Shown: positions 18,065-28,141, counted from the stretch's first letter. The stretch is DNA of 64,000 nucleotides from Steroidobacteraceae bacterium (GCA_044226865.1 JBGAGE010000012.1:63523-127522), one strand, 5' to 3'. A program made the numbers and translations. Notes: generated by a model not told the origin, from the sequence alone.

Positions 18065-19051
18065 TTGCCGAGACCCAGCCCTAGGAAGCTTATTGCGCTG
18101 TTGGTGATCGTCTCTCTCGCGATCGGAATCACTGTTGCGAACTATTTTCGTCAGCCAAAAGCAACGATCGTACCGCTTACCGTGCGATCCAACTCTGCGA
18201 GGTCAGCGGACTCAGCGTCGAACCCAGTAAATCTATCGACTAATGGGAAGGATTTGAATGACTCGGGCAAGTCCTTCCGGGCCGCCTTTCGCCAAGCCAG
18301 TGATTACCACGAGTTTGTTGGTGGAATAAGGCATTCGGCCGATGCCGGCGACCCAGTCGCAGAATTTTTAGTCGCAAAGGCATTGAGATATTGCGCGGAC
18401 AACTTGCGGATGTTTTTGGCTATAGACGGCACTCGAAGAACCTTAGATGAGGTTCAAGTCCGAATGGCGCAAATTCCTGGCGCCTTTGAGCGGTCGAATG
18501 AAGTATACCGTCACTGTCATACGTACCTCGAAAACCCTGCGTTGGCGCCCCTCACTGCCGACTGGAAGCGATGGCTCGACTCGGCCGCCACCGCCGGGTA
18601 CCCGCCAGCTATTACGGAAAAGGCGGATGTCATGCGCGTGGCGGACTTGATGAAGGATGCGGCCGGTGCCGACGCGGGTGATGTAATTCCGCCTACCGAA
18701 GGGCCGGCACGGGAGTTGGCGCTAGCAGCTGTGAAATCAGGCGACCCGGACTCCATCCTTGGAATGGTCAATTGGGTTGACGGCACGAAGCGAAACGGCG
18801 AAGCCAATTTCGATTTGGAAAGCGCCTGGGAACTGCTGGCATGCCGACGCGGCTATGACGATTGTGGCGCTAATTCCGAACTCGTTCGAAGCGTCTGCAT
18901 GTTCGACGCACAGTGTCAAAACGATGCGGGAGTCATAGAGTCTTTGCGGCGGCGGTTGGGCAATCGATTTGACGATGTCGACCGACTGGCCACCGAGATT
19001 GGCGTGGCTGTTGATTCGGGAAGTTCAAAGGCAATTGAGGCCTTCCTTTAG
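18065..19051 (+). CDS. membrane-anchored hypothetical protein
   Basis: TTG at 18065 sits 6 nt after AGGAGG. N-terminal anchor KLIALLVIVSLAIGITVANYF. The remainder is a helical soluble domain with no recognised family. The ORF track starts it at 18047. Confidence 0.55.
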   Translation: MPRPSPRKLIALLVIVSLAIGITVANYFRQPKATIVPLTVRSNSARSADSASNPVNLSTNGKDLNDSGKSFRAAFRQASDYHEFVGGIRHSADAGDPVAEFLVAKALRYCADNLRMFLAIDGTRRTLDEVQVRMAQIPGAFERSNEVYRHCHTYLENPALAPLTADWKRWLDSAATAGYPPAITEKADVMRVADLMKDAAGADAGDVIPPTEGPARELALAAVKSGDPDSILGMVNWVDGTKRNGEANFDLESAWELLACRRGYDDCGANSELVRSVCMFDAQCQNDAGVIESLRRRLGNRFDDVDRLATEIGVAVDSGSSKAIEAFL

Positions 19052-19187
19052 AGTCTCCGCTTTACCCGGTATTACGTGGTGCTTGTTCGAAATGAGGGCG
19101 CCGAAAGCGGTCGTTCATCAACGGCAGCTCTGGGTCAGGTTTCCCCGTTGGCGGGCATCGGCTAAATTGCCAATGTTAAATTCCGGG

Positions 19188-19243
19188 GAATGACCGGTCC
19201 GGAGCGGAGAATCGGCCAGCAGCCGGCCACTTTCAGACGTTGG
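19188..19243 (+). repeat. 57-nt intergenic repeat, copy B
   Basis: See copy A (16385-16441). Same orientation, lying between the 18065-19051 gene and anmK. Confidence 0.5.
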
Positions 19244-19331
19244 ACATCGGAATTGGCTCGCCTGTAAGCTGCCATCGGAAAATCCATTTACATAAAGAGC
19301 ACAGCGGACCTCGGTGCGGCGAGAATAGGCA

Positions 19332-20447
19332 ATGGACGACGTTGGCTTGTTACGAGCTATAGGGCTCATGAGCGGTACATCGATGGACGGCATCGATGCG
19401 GCGATCATTGAGACAGACGGAGATCTAAACCTTAGAACCGGCGCGTACTCAAACACTCCATATCCGCGCGATCTTCGCCGCGCCCTCCTACGCTTGACGG
19501 CGGAAGTCGTCGAAACCTCGGCATTCGAACGGGAAGTAACAGATTTGCATTGCCAAGCGGTTCTTACGCTGTGTGGAAATGCCGGAGTCGACTTGTCTGA
19601 CATCGACGTGATCGGCTTCCATGGGCAGACGATTGCGCACCAACCGGAATATGCACGAACTCGGCAGCTCGGGGATGGTCAGCGTATGGCGGACGCTCTC
19701 GGAACGCTGGTTGTGAATCGGTTTCGGCAGAATGACTTGGAACACGGTGGCCAGGGCGCCCCGATGATTCCGGCATTTCACCGAGCACTGGTCCTATCGT
19801 CCAAGTTGCCCCAGCCGGTTGGAATATTGAATATCGGAGGTGTGTCGAATGTAACGCTGGTCGATCAAGAGTTGCTCTACGCGTGCGATTGCGGGCCCGG
19901 AAATGCTTTAATCGATGATTGGGTGGATGCGCGCTGCGGCATCCCATACGACGATGGCGGAGAGCTTGCGGCTAAAGGCCGTATCGATCAAACAGCTCTG
20001 ACTTCACTGCTTGATGCCGAATATTTCCGGCGTCAGGGGCCAAAGTCATTGGATCGCAATGCGTTCTCAACAAAGGTCGTAGAGGCGTTATCCCCACAGG
20101 ATGGAGCTGCCACGCTTGCCGCATTCACGGCCGCCGCAATCGCCGCCGAGTCACGCAAATTGCCCGTTTCGCCCAATGAATGGATCGTGGTTGGCGGGGG
20201 AAGGCTTAATCGTTACCTACTCGCCCAACTCAGAACTCGGCTCGGTGCACCTGTACGGGTTGCTGAAGAACTCGGATGGGCGGGAAGCGCTGTAGAAGCT
20301 CAGGGCTTCGGATACTTGGCCGTTCGCTCGCTCAAAAATCTCCCGTTGAGCTGGCCCAGTACAACAGGAGTTCACGCGCCAGTGACCGGGGGCGTAGTTT
20401 GGGGGCCGGCGAAAGAAACGAGACCATTGGCGCGTTCGCTGATTTGA
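19332..20447 (+). CDS. anmK: anhydro-N-acetylmuramic acid kinase
   Basis: 371 aa. N-terminal GLMSGTSMDGIDAA motif and overall AnmK-like layout. Confidence 0.9.
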   Translation: MDDVGLLRAIGLMSGTSMDGIDAAIIETDGDLNLRTGAYSNTPYPRDLRRALLRLTAEVVETSAFEREVTDLHCQAVLTLCGNAGVDLSDIDVIGFHGQTIAHQPEYARTRQLGDGQRMADALGTLVVNRFRQNDLEHGGQGAPMIPAFHRALVLSSKLPQPVGILNIGGVSNVTLVDQELLYACDCGPGNALIDDWVDARCGIPYDDGGELAAKGRIDQTALTSLLDAEYFRRQGPKSLDRNAFSTKVVEALSPQDGAATLAAFTAAAIAAESRKLPVSPNEWIVVGGGRLNRYLLAQLRTRLGAPVRVAEELGWAGSAVEAQGFGYLAVRSLKNLPLSWPSTTGVHAPVTGGVVWGPAKETRPLARSLI

Positions 20448-20560
20448 ATGGAGTTGACCCGCTTTCGTGGACGGTTAGTTATCTAAGCTCTCACTGCGGG
20501 AATAGGACTCCGCGGTTAACGTGCTCGTTTCCTGTGCCATACTGAGGCAATAGCTTCGGG

Positions 20561-21505
20561 GTGGATATGTCGATGGTGTCTTGGCTAGGTCCTGGCAAAG
20601 GCATTGGAGTGCTCGGCGGCAAGGTGGCCGTCGTCACGGGCGCGGCCAACGGGATCGGCCGAGCCTTGGCCACGGCCCTGTGGGCGAAAGGCTGTCATGT
20701 AGCCGCGGTCGACCTCGACTGTGACGGCCTGGGAAACCTTCAGAAAGAACTAGCGGACAAAGGCCGAGGCCAACGGTTGACGACGCACTGCGCAGATGTC
20801 GCCGACCGTGAACGCATGAAGCGTCTTGCTCCGGAGGTAGTGGAGGCGCATGGCGCCGTCCACTTGCTTATCAACAACGCGGGCATCGGCCACGAAGCCG
20901 CATTTCCGCAGACGAGCCTCAAGGACTGGGACCACATCGTCGGCGTGAACCTCTGGGGCGTGATACACGGCTGCCACTTCTTCATGCCGTACCTTGCCAA
21001 GGCCGAGCGCGCGCACATCGTGAACCTTTCGAGCCTGTTTGGTATCGTCGGCATGCCGGGCCAGACGGCGTACAGCGCCACAAAGTTCGCAGTGCGCGGT
21101 TTCTCCGAAGCGCTGTTTGAGGAGCTACGCGCGACGTCTATCGGACTGACGGTCGTTCACCCGGGCGCGGTCGCGACCAACATAATAGAAGCCACGAAAG
21201 GTGACGACCACGATCTCCTCCAACGCATCTCGCGCTGGTACGAGCGCAATGCAATGCGACCGGAAAAAGCGGCCGCCCTCATCGTCCACGCGGTGGAAAA
21301 GGGAACGCCGCGACTGCTCGTCGCTGCGGAATCCTATTTCGGCGATTTCCTCCGGCGCCTGATGCCGGCAGCAGGCAACAAGATGTTCGTCGACGCGGCG
21401 ATCCGCTTGCTGTCCGTGGAGGACTTGCGGGCGAAGCGCAGCAAGCAGTGGCGAGAGACGATGGTGGAGGGCGGGCCGGGCGACTCGCACCAGCGCGACA
21501 TTTGA
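20561..21505 (+). CDS. short-chain dehydrogenase/reductase
   Basis: TGAANGIGRA cofactor motif, NNAGI, and the catalytic YSATK (YxxxK). Confidence 0.85.
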   Translation: MDMSMVSWLGPGKGIGVLGGKVAVVTGAANGIGRALATALWAKGCHVAAVDLDCDGLGNLQKELADKGRGQRLTTHCADVADRERMKRLAPEVVEAHGAVHLLINNAGIGHEAAFPQTSLKDWDHIVGVNLWGVIHGCHFFMPYLAKAERAHIVNLSSLFGIVGMPGQTAYSATKFAVRGFSEALFEELRATSIGLTVVHPGAVATNIIEATKGDDHDLLQRISRWYERNAMRPEKAAALIVHAVEKGTPRLLVAAESYFGDFLRRLMPAAGNKMFVDAAIRLLSVEDLRAKRSKQWRETMVEGGPGDSHQRDI

Positions 21506-23043
21506 TGATGAAGCCTGATACGGAAGTCCTCATCGTTGGCGCCGGCGTCAGTGGTATTGGGGTAGGAATCGAATTGTGTCGACGCAGGCACACGTCATTT
21601 ACGCTGCTCGAAAGGGCGGGTGAGTTGGGTGGCACCTGGCGCGACAACATTTATCCGGGCATCGCCGTCGATCTTCCGTCGGTCGCGTATTGCTACCCGT
21701 TCGAAACCGACTACCCCTGGTCGAGGGTGTTTGCTTCCGGTGCGGAGGTTCAGGGCTACATCCGGCACTGCGCGGAGAAATACCGCGTCACCGGGAATAT
21801 TCGGTTCAACTCGAAGGTAGTTCGATCCCGGTTTGATCCAGATCGAGCCTTGTGGATGACCCAGCTCGAAGACGGATGCGTCGTCACCTCGCGCTTCGTG
21901 ATCGCGGCGACCGGGCTGTTCAGCACGCCAAAACTGACGGTGATACCGGGACTCGAAACATTTCGCGGAGAGGCGATGCACACGGCCAGGTGGGACCATA
22001 ACCACGACCTGACCTCGAAACGCGTTGCCGTGATTGGTACCGGTGCCTCGGCGGTCCAGGTGGTGCCGGAGATCGCACCGCTGGTCGATCGGCTGTCGGT
22101 GTTCCAGCGAACGCCAATCTGGATTGGACCACGCTTCGATCGGCCGACCACACCAAGAACGCGCCTGTCGCTACGCCGGTTTTCGGCGATTCGAACGCTT
22201 TCGCGCTGGGGGTTCGAGGCTAGCCTTGAGCTTGTCACCTTCTCGCTCGTCAACTTTCGACGGCTGCCGTTCCTGGTTCGCTCGGTTGAGAAGCCCGTTC
22301 GTGCGTGGATGCGCAGGCAGGTCCGCGACCCGAAAACCGCGGACAGGCTGGTTCCTGACTACGGTCTCGGCTGCAAGCGGCCGACAATTTCGAACACGTA
22401 TCTGCAGGCGTTTAATCGCAACAACGTACGACTGGTCACGAAGCCGATCGATCGCATTTGTGCCGCAGGAATCGTCACCACAGACGGTGTGGTGCACGAA
22501 GTGGACACGATTATTCTTGCCACCGGCTTCCTGACGACCGAGCAGGGAACCGGACCGACGTTCGAAGTGATCGGCCGCGACGGCATTGAGCTGGGACAGT
22601 TCTGGGAGAGCCATCGCCTTCAGGCCTACGCGGGAGTCTCGGTGCCCGGATTCCCGAACTTCTTCCTAATCACCGGCCCGTATTCAGGTGGATTCAATTG
22701 GTTCACCACTCTGGCCGGCAATCTCTCGCACATCATGCGATGCCTCGACGAGGCTCGCGCACGCGGTGCCACCCGAATCGAAGTGACTCGAGATGCGCAC
22801 GAACGCTACATGCGCCACACGTGGCAACGCGCCGACGGCACGGTATTCAAGTCGGCGACGTGCGCGTCGGCCAGGAGTTACTACCTGGACCGGCATGGCG
22901 ACGCATCGCTGCCGTTGCCCCACACCCCGTGGTGGCGCGTGGTGCGCGGCCGCTGGCACGGGACGCGCGGCTACAGCTTTGGAATGCCTGAGAACCAGAA
23001 GGATGGCGTTCGCGCAACGAGCGAAGTGGGTGGGGTTACATGA
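21505..23043 (+). CDS. flavin-dependent monooxygenase, Baeyer-Villiger type
   Basis: GAGVSGIG FAD motif, FRGEAMHTARWDHNHD (the BVMO fingerprint FxGxxxHxxxW) and a second Rossmann motif VIGTGASAVQ. Its ATG overlaps the SDR stop (TGATG). Confidence 0.85.
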   Translation: MMKPDTEVLIVGAGVSGIGVGIELCRRRHTSFTLLERAGELGGTWRDNIYPGIAVDLPSVAYCYPFETDYPWSRVFASGAEVQGYIRHCAEKYRVTGNIRFNSKVVRSRFDPDRALWMTQLEDGCVVTSRFVIAATGLFSTPKLTVIPGLETFRGEAMHTARWDHNHDLTSKRVAVIGTGASAVQVVPEIAPLVDRLSVFQRTPIWIGPRFDRPTTPRTRLSLRRFSAIRTLSRWGFEASLELVTFSLVNFRRLPFLVRSVEKPVRAWMRRQVRDPKTADRLVPDYGLGCKRPTISNTYLQAFNRNNVRLVTKPIDRICAAGIVTTDGVVHEVDTIILATGFLTTEQGTGPTFEVIGRDGIELGQFWESHRLQAYAGVSVPGFPNFFLITGPYSGGFNWFTTLAGNLSHIMRCLDEARARGATRIEVTRDAHERYMRHTWQRADGTVFKSATCASARSYYLDRHGDASLPLPHTPWWRVVRGRWHGTRGYSFGMPENQKDGVRATSEVGGVT

Positions 23044-26000
23044 GGCGCTCCATTCTTGCGCCGTTCTGCGAGTGGGTGGATCGCAATCCAGATCAATTGT
23101 TGCACGCGTTCCTCGACGTGGACGGGCGCGTCACTGAGGCGTACACGTACGCGCAGTTCCTCCAGCGAACTGCGGACATCGCCGTACACATACGGCACGC
23201 CTCTCCAATGGCACAAGGAGAGCGCGTGTTGCTGGTGTATCCGCCGGGCGTGGAGATGATCTGTGCGTTCCTCGCCTGCGTGCGGCTTGGTCTCATTCCC
23301 GTGCCCGTGTATCCGCCGACGAGCCACGGATTCCAGGCGGCCCTGGCGAAGACGGAATTCATTGCGCGCGATTGCCAGGCGTCGGCGGTATTGACCGATC
23401 GCGCATACTACTGGTCGATGAAGCTGAACGAGACGCGCAATCGTCTGGCGACGCTTTCGTTCAAGCGGGCCTGCGTATCCAAACTTCCTTGGATCGTGAG
23501 CACCGAGGCAAGCAAGGGAGCCTCTTTCGACGTCGATATCGGACACTCGGACATTCTTTTCCTCCAATACACCTCGGGATCCACTAGCGAGCCCAAGGGT
23601 GTGATGGTGACACACGAAAATATATTGGCTAACTGCGACGCCGTCGTGGATCACCGCCCTGTCGGTGTGTCGTGGCTGCCGCAATACCACGACATGGGCC
23701 TCATCGGGTACTACCTGTTCTTCCAGCTCAAGGGTGGGACAACGTACGGGTTTTCGCCGCTAGACTTTATTCAGCGCCCAGCCCTGTGGCTGGAGACAAT
23801 CACGAAGTATCGCGGCTCCGCGTCGTCAGCGCCCAACTTTGCCTATGAGTACTGTCTACGGCCCGATAAGCTCTCGGCTGAAACACTCGCGAAGCTGGAC
23901 CTCTCGTCGCTGCGCTTCCTGATGACGGCCGCAGAGCCAGTCCGGGCCCATGTCTTCCGCGACTTCCTCAGGAAATTCGAGCCGTACGGTCTCGACCCGA
24001 AGGCGTTTTTTTCAGCGTACGGCTTGGCCGAGTTCACGCTTGCGGTGTCGAACTATGGAAGGACCATCAAGTCCTTTGACCGCTCGGAACTGGGCCGACG
24101 CAAGGTGCGCCCGCTCAACGGTAATGCGGCGACGGCCCGTGCCACGGCGTTGGTGAGCTGCGGCAGGCCGCTCGGCGCAACCGAAGTCAAGATCGTTGAC
24201 ATTACGCATACGCCGCGCGTCGCACGCGATGGTGAAGTCGGCGAAATCTGGATGCGCGGCCCCAGCAAATGCCGCGGATATTGGAAGCGAGCGGAGTTGA
24301 GCAACTCGGTCTTCGAAGCGCGGCTACCTGGCGAGCCCGAGGACGCGCCGACATGGCTCCGAAGTGGTGACATAGGTTTTGTGCACTGCGATGAGTTGTA
24401 TATCTGCGGACGTGCGAAGGACATGTTCATCGTCCGTGGGATGAATTACTACCCGCAGGACATCGAGGCGTTGGTCGAGTCGGATGCGCGCGTCAGGAGG
24501 GGCTGCGTTGCCGCATTCGCGCTCGAACAGGACGACCAGGAGACGCTGGTGGTCGTGGCGGAGCTGAAGGACGGCCGTCGCGTGCCTGATGTTCGCGAGC
24601 TCAACCGGCGGCTGCAACAGGGACTCGGTGTGACAGCGGCGTCGTTCGTCTTCATCAAGGCTCGCACGATTCCCAAGACCAGTTCAGGCAAGATCGTGCG
24701 CTACCAGGTGCGAGATCGCTGGCTCGCGGGTGCGCTGGACGTGCTCGCACACTTGGCGACGTACGACGCCGACCAGGAAAACAGCGACGACTCTCTGGCG
24801 TGGCTGCGCCGCTTCGGCATCACCGGCGACGAAACATGGACGCTGAGGGACGCTGGCTTCGATTCGCTCAAGCTCGTGGAGTTCGCTCACGAGCTCAAGC
24901 AGCGGCTGGAGGATCGGGGCCACGTCGATCTTTCAAAGGAGGTGGACCTGCGTGTTCTCCAGAAAATTGCGATCTGCGAGTTGTTCGGCCTGCTGGAGCA
25001 GCTCGAGACGGCTACGCCGCACGCCAGGCTCAAGTTCAAGCGCGCATTGAGCGAGCTGGGGAGGGAGCATCGTGCGCGGGAGGCCGAGCTGATGAGGCAG
25101 GACACGCGGCTTTCGATCGATGTCGCGGGGCTGCCACAGCCGTCGATGGCATTGGGAAGCGGCGGGAGCATACTGCTCACGGGTGGGACGGGTTTCTTCG
25201 GTCCGTTCCTGCTCACGAGCCTTCTGGGCCAATGCGACGATGATATCCACGTACTGGTCCGAGCGAATCCGGGCGATGCGATGCGACGGATTCGCGAGGG
25301 CCTGATGTCTGCCGCCGCCGACGGCGCCTCCTGTCCCGAGGGCTGGGAGCATCGTGTGCGCCCGGTCTGCGGCGACTTGGCATCGCCGAGCCTCGGACTC
25401 AGTCCAAGCGATTGGCGCGCACTCGCCGACAACGTCCACACCATCTATCACAACGGCGCGGTGGTGAACTACCTGATGGACTACCATGCGTTGCGCGGTG
25501 CGAACGTCGGGGGCACCAACGAGGTCATTCGGATGGCGCTGAGCCACCGGTCCAAGGTGCTCAATCACATCTCGTCGACGTTCGTATTCGGATGGTCCGT
25601 GCAAAAGACGATCCGCGAACGCGACACGAATGCGGCCATGGAGCGCCTCGACTTCGGCTACAGCCAGAGCAAGTGGGTGGCCGAGCATGTTGTACGTGAC
25701 GCGATGCTGCGCGGTCTGCAGGCGCGTATCTTTCGTCCCGCGCTTCTAACGCCATCGGTCAGCGGCGGTGGGTACAACTTCGACATCGCGATCCGGCTGC
25801 TCGCATTCATGATCGAGCATGGGATCGTCACCACGGCGCAGAACCAGGTCAGTTTCACGCCTGCAGATCTCGCGGCCGCCAACATCGTTGCCATCTCGCG
25901 CGCTGCCGACAGCGTAGGCGCCACGTATCATGTCACCCGCGACGAGTACGCGAGCCTGTCCGATATCACCGCCATCATCGGTGCAATGACCGGCCGCGAG

Positions 26001-26297
26001 TTCCAGAACTACTCACTTCCAGAGTTCGTGCCGGAGGTCATCAAGCGCTGTCGTCCAAGCGACATCTTGTTCCCACTGCTAGACTTCCTGGTGCGGTCTG
26101 CGGACAACATCTCGGCGATGGAATTCAAGCGCTACGACAATGCCAATTACCGTCGCGTTCGTGACGCCTCGGCGTCGGGGAAGGCGGATGCGCCGCTGCA
26201 GGACGTCGTGCTCGGGATTCTCCGATTCATGCGCAAGCACGGGCTAGTTGCGGAAGCGAAGCACGCCGATAAGGCCGGAAGGGCCAGTTATGTTTGA
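23040..26297 (+). CDS. acyl-AMP ligase - carrier protein - thioester reductase fusion (carboxylic acid reductase-like / NRPS-like)
   Basis: 1085 aa. Adenylation cores YTSGSTSEPKGV and PKTSSGKI, the carrier-domain serine in GFDSLKLVEF, and a reductase with LLTGGTGFFGPF plus YSQSKWVAE (YxxxK). Its start overlaps the BVMO stop by 4 nt. Confidence 0.9.
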   Translation: MRRSILAPFCEWVDRNPDQLLHAFLDVDGRVTEAYTYAQFLQRTADIAVHIRHASPMAQGERVLLVYPPGVEMICAFLACVRLGLIPVPVYPPTSHGFQAALAKTEFIARDCQASAVLTDRAYYWSMKLNETRNRLATLSFKRACVSKLPWIVSTEASKGASFDVDIGHSDILFLQYTSGSTSEPKGVMVTHENILANCDAVVDHRPVGVSWLPQYHDMGLIGYYLFFQLKGGTTYGFSPLDFIQRPALWLETITKYRGSASSAPNFAYEYCLRPDKLSAETLAKLDLSSLRFLMTAAEPVRAHVFRDFLRKFEPYGLDPKAFFSAYGLAEFTLAVSNYGRTIKSFDRSELGRRKVRPLNGNAATARATALVSCGRPLGATEVKIVDITHTPRVARDGEVGEIWMRGPSKCRGYWKRAELSNSVFEARLPGEPEDAPTWLRSGDIGFVHCDELYICGRAKDMFIVRGMNYYPQDIEALVESDARVRRGCVAAFALEQDDQETLVVVAELKDGRRVPDVRELNRRLQQGLGVTAASFVFIKARTIPKTSSGKIVRYQVRDRWLAGALDVLAHLATYDADQENSDDSLAWLRRFGITGDETWTLRDAGFDSLKLVEFAHELKQRLEDRGHVDLSKEVDLRVLQKIAICELFGLLEQLETATPHARLKFKRALSELGREHRAREAELMRQDTRLSIDVAGLPQPSMALGSGGSILLTGGTGFFGPFLLTSLLGQCDDDIHVLVRANPGDAMRRIREGLMSAAADGASCPEGWEHRVRPVCGDLASPSLGLSPSDWRALADNVHTIYHNGAVVNYLMDYHALRGANVGGTNEVIRMALSHRSKVLNHISSTFVFGWSVQKTIRERDTNAAMERLDFGYSQSKWVAEHVVRDAMLRGLQARIFRPALLTPSVSGGGYNFDIAIRLLAFMIEHGIVTTAQNQVSFTPADLAAANIVAISRAADSVGATYHVTRDEYASLSDITAIIGAMTGREFQNYSLPEFVPEVIKRCRPSDILFPLLDFLVRSADNISAMEFKRYDNANYRRVRDASASGKADAPLQDVVLGILRFMRKHGLVAEAKHADKAGRASYV

Positions 26298-27654
26298 CGG
26301 AAGAATCAGCAACGCGCCGCACGTGCATCGGGCACGTGCCGTTCTAGACGCGCGCGGCATGCTTCGTAACTGCATCAAGGTGTTCGAGAGGTACCGGGCG
26401 CGTCTCGGATCGACGTTCACCGTACACTTTGGCGGGATTGTCCCGGCGCTGGTTACAGCCGACCCTGTCGTTATCAAACATGTTCTGCGCAGCAACCAGC
26501 GAAACTATGAGAAGTCGTTCATCCAGGCCGAGCGCATGGTTGAGTTTCAGGGGGCGGGCGTGGTCAATATCCACGGTGAGGCGTGGAAACGACAACGTAA
26601 ACTGCTGGCCCAGGGTTTCAAGCCCAACTATCTCGCCAAGCTACTGCCGATGCACCAGGATGTGTTCGAGGAATTGATGCACAACTTCGACGGCGAAGCG
26701 CGGCGGGGTCCTGTGAACATACGGCAACAGATGGTGCAGTTCACGCTTCGGTTAACGGGAAAGGCACTCTATGGCCGCAGCATGCCGACAGCAGAGCTGG
26801 AGCGAATCGGTGCGATCATTCACGAAATCCAGAATTTCGTCCACCGGCAGATTGTCCAGCCGTGGATGATTCCGTGGTACCGAATCAATGGTCAGTCGGC
26901 GAAATACCAACAGCTGCGCAAGGAGGGGGACGCGATCGCATTGCGACACATCCGGGCTCGGCTCCGCGAGGGCCTCAGCGAGAACGATTTCCTCCGAATC
27001 CTGATAGAGACGCCGTATTACGATACGGGTCTCCCGATGGACGAGTCGATGGTGATGCTCGAGAGCCTCCAATTGCTGGTCGCCGGCAACGTGACGTCGA
27101 CGAACGCCTTGGCCTGGATATTCTATTTGCTGGCTCGGCACCCGAAGTACATCCTCGAGATCCGTGACGAGGTGGCGTCGGTCATCGGTGCGAACGCGAT
27201 GGACTATCGCAACCTGCACCAGCTCGAGGGGACCGTTCGAGTGATCGACGAAGCCCTTCGGCTTTATCCACCGTTCTGGATGATCGACCGCATCGCGCTC
27301 AATGACGACGAAGTGAACGGTATCCACATTCCTGCACGCGCGATGGTGTTGCCTTACATATATGGAACTCATCGCAATCCGGCGCATTGGCAGAATGTTG
27401 AGGCGTTCGATCCGGGCCGGTTCGAATCCCGCGGGCCTAGAGAACGCCATCCGTTCGCCTACATCCCATTTGGCGGTGGGCCGCGGACCTGTTTGGGTAC
27501 CAACATGGCGGTCATGCAGATGCTCATGATCGTTGCGGCGTTCGTACGCAAATACGATTTCGCTCTGGTGACGAACGAGCCGATCGATATTGACCCGTCG
27601 ATGATGCTGCGACCCAAGGGCGTCGTCAGCATGAAGTTCCGCGCGGTGGCCTGA
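26290..27654 (+). CDS. cytochrome P450
   Basis: Heme-binding loop FGGGPRTCLG, I-helix AGNVTST and ExxR (EALR). Start set to ATG at 26290, overlapping the upstream stop by 8 nt. Confidence 0.9.
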   Translation: MFDGRISNAPHVHRARAVLDARGMLRNCIKVFERYRARLGSTFTVHFGGIVPALVTADPVVIKHVLRSNQRNYEKSFIQAERMVEFQGAGVVNIHGEAWKRQRKLLAQGFKPNYLAKLLPMHQDVFEELMHNFDGEARRGPVNIRQQMVQFTLRLTGKALYGRSMPTAELERIGAIIHEIQNFVHRQIVQPWMIPWYRINGQSAKYQQLRKEGDAIALRHIRARLREGLSENDFLRILIETPYYDTGLPMDESMVMLESLQLLVAGNVTSTNALAWIFYLLARHPKYILEIRDEVASVIGANAMDYRNLHQLEGTVRVIDEALRLYPPFWMIDRIALNDDEVNGIHIPARAMVLPYIYGTHRNPAHWQNVEAFDPGRFESRGPRERHPFAYIPFGGGPRTCLGTNMAVMQMLMIVAAFVRKYDFALVTNEPIDIDPSMMLRPKGVVSMKFRAVA

Positions 27655-27844
27655 CGGTGGCTCGAGTCGGAGCGGGCTTCGACCGCCGGCTCTGGGCGTC
27701 GACGGACGTCCGAGGCGCGGACACTTTTCGCTCTTTGCCTTGGCGCGATTTTGCTTGCCCGCCACGGCAGGCCATTTCTTACCGCAACCGCAATGCTTTC
27801 AGCCGAGTCGGTGTCCGGCGCGCGGCCACAGACTGTAAAGCAGG

Positions 27845-28141
27845 ATGCCCACCGACGGAGAAATTGGCTGCACGACCTACACGCCGGCGCAGCTGAGTGA
27901 GGCGCTGGCGAGGATCGATGCGACGCAGTTTCCCATCAACTACGGGCGCATGAAACAGGCCATCGACCAGCTTCTCGTCGAGCCGGCACCGACCACGGCG
28001 CTGCCTGAAAGGCTGGTGCTGTGTTCGTGGCTGGGGATGGCGGTCAGTCGGCTGATGCCTGCAGTGATGCTCGGCATTGGCTTCGGGGGTGCGCTCTGGC
28101 TGTGGTTTTGGCCACAGCAATGCTGTCGTCCGCTGCGGTAA
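27845..28141 (+). CDS. hypothetical small protein with a C-terminal TM segment
   Basis: 98-aa ORF. No convincing RBS and no recognised family. Confidence 0.3.
   Translation: MPTDGEIGCTTYTPAQLSEALARIDATQFPINYGRMKQAIDQLLVEPAPTTALPERLVLCSWLGMAVSRLMPAVMLGIGFGGALWLWFWPQQCCRPLR

Noticed and set aside
16385-19243. Interpretation of the two 57-nt repeats as integron attC sites and of the orphan genes as cassettes
   Set aside because: There is no IntI-type integrase and no RYYYAAC/GTTRRRY core sites at the repeat ends. The neighbouring ORFs are in mixed orientation.
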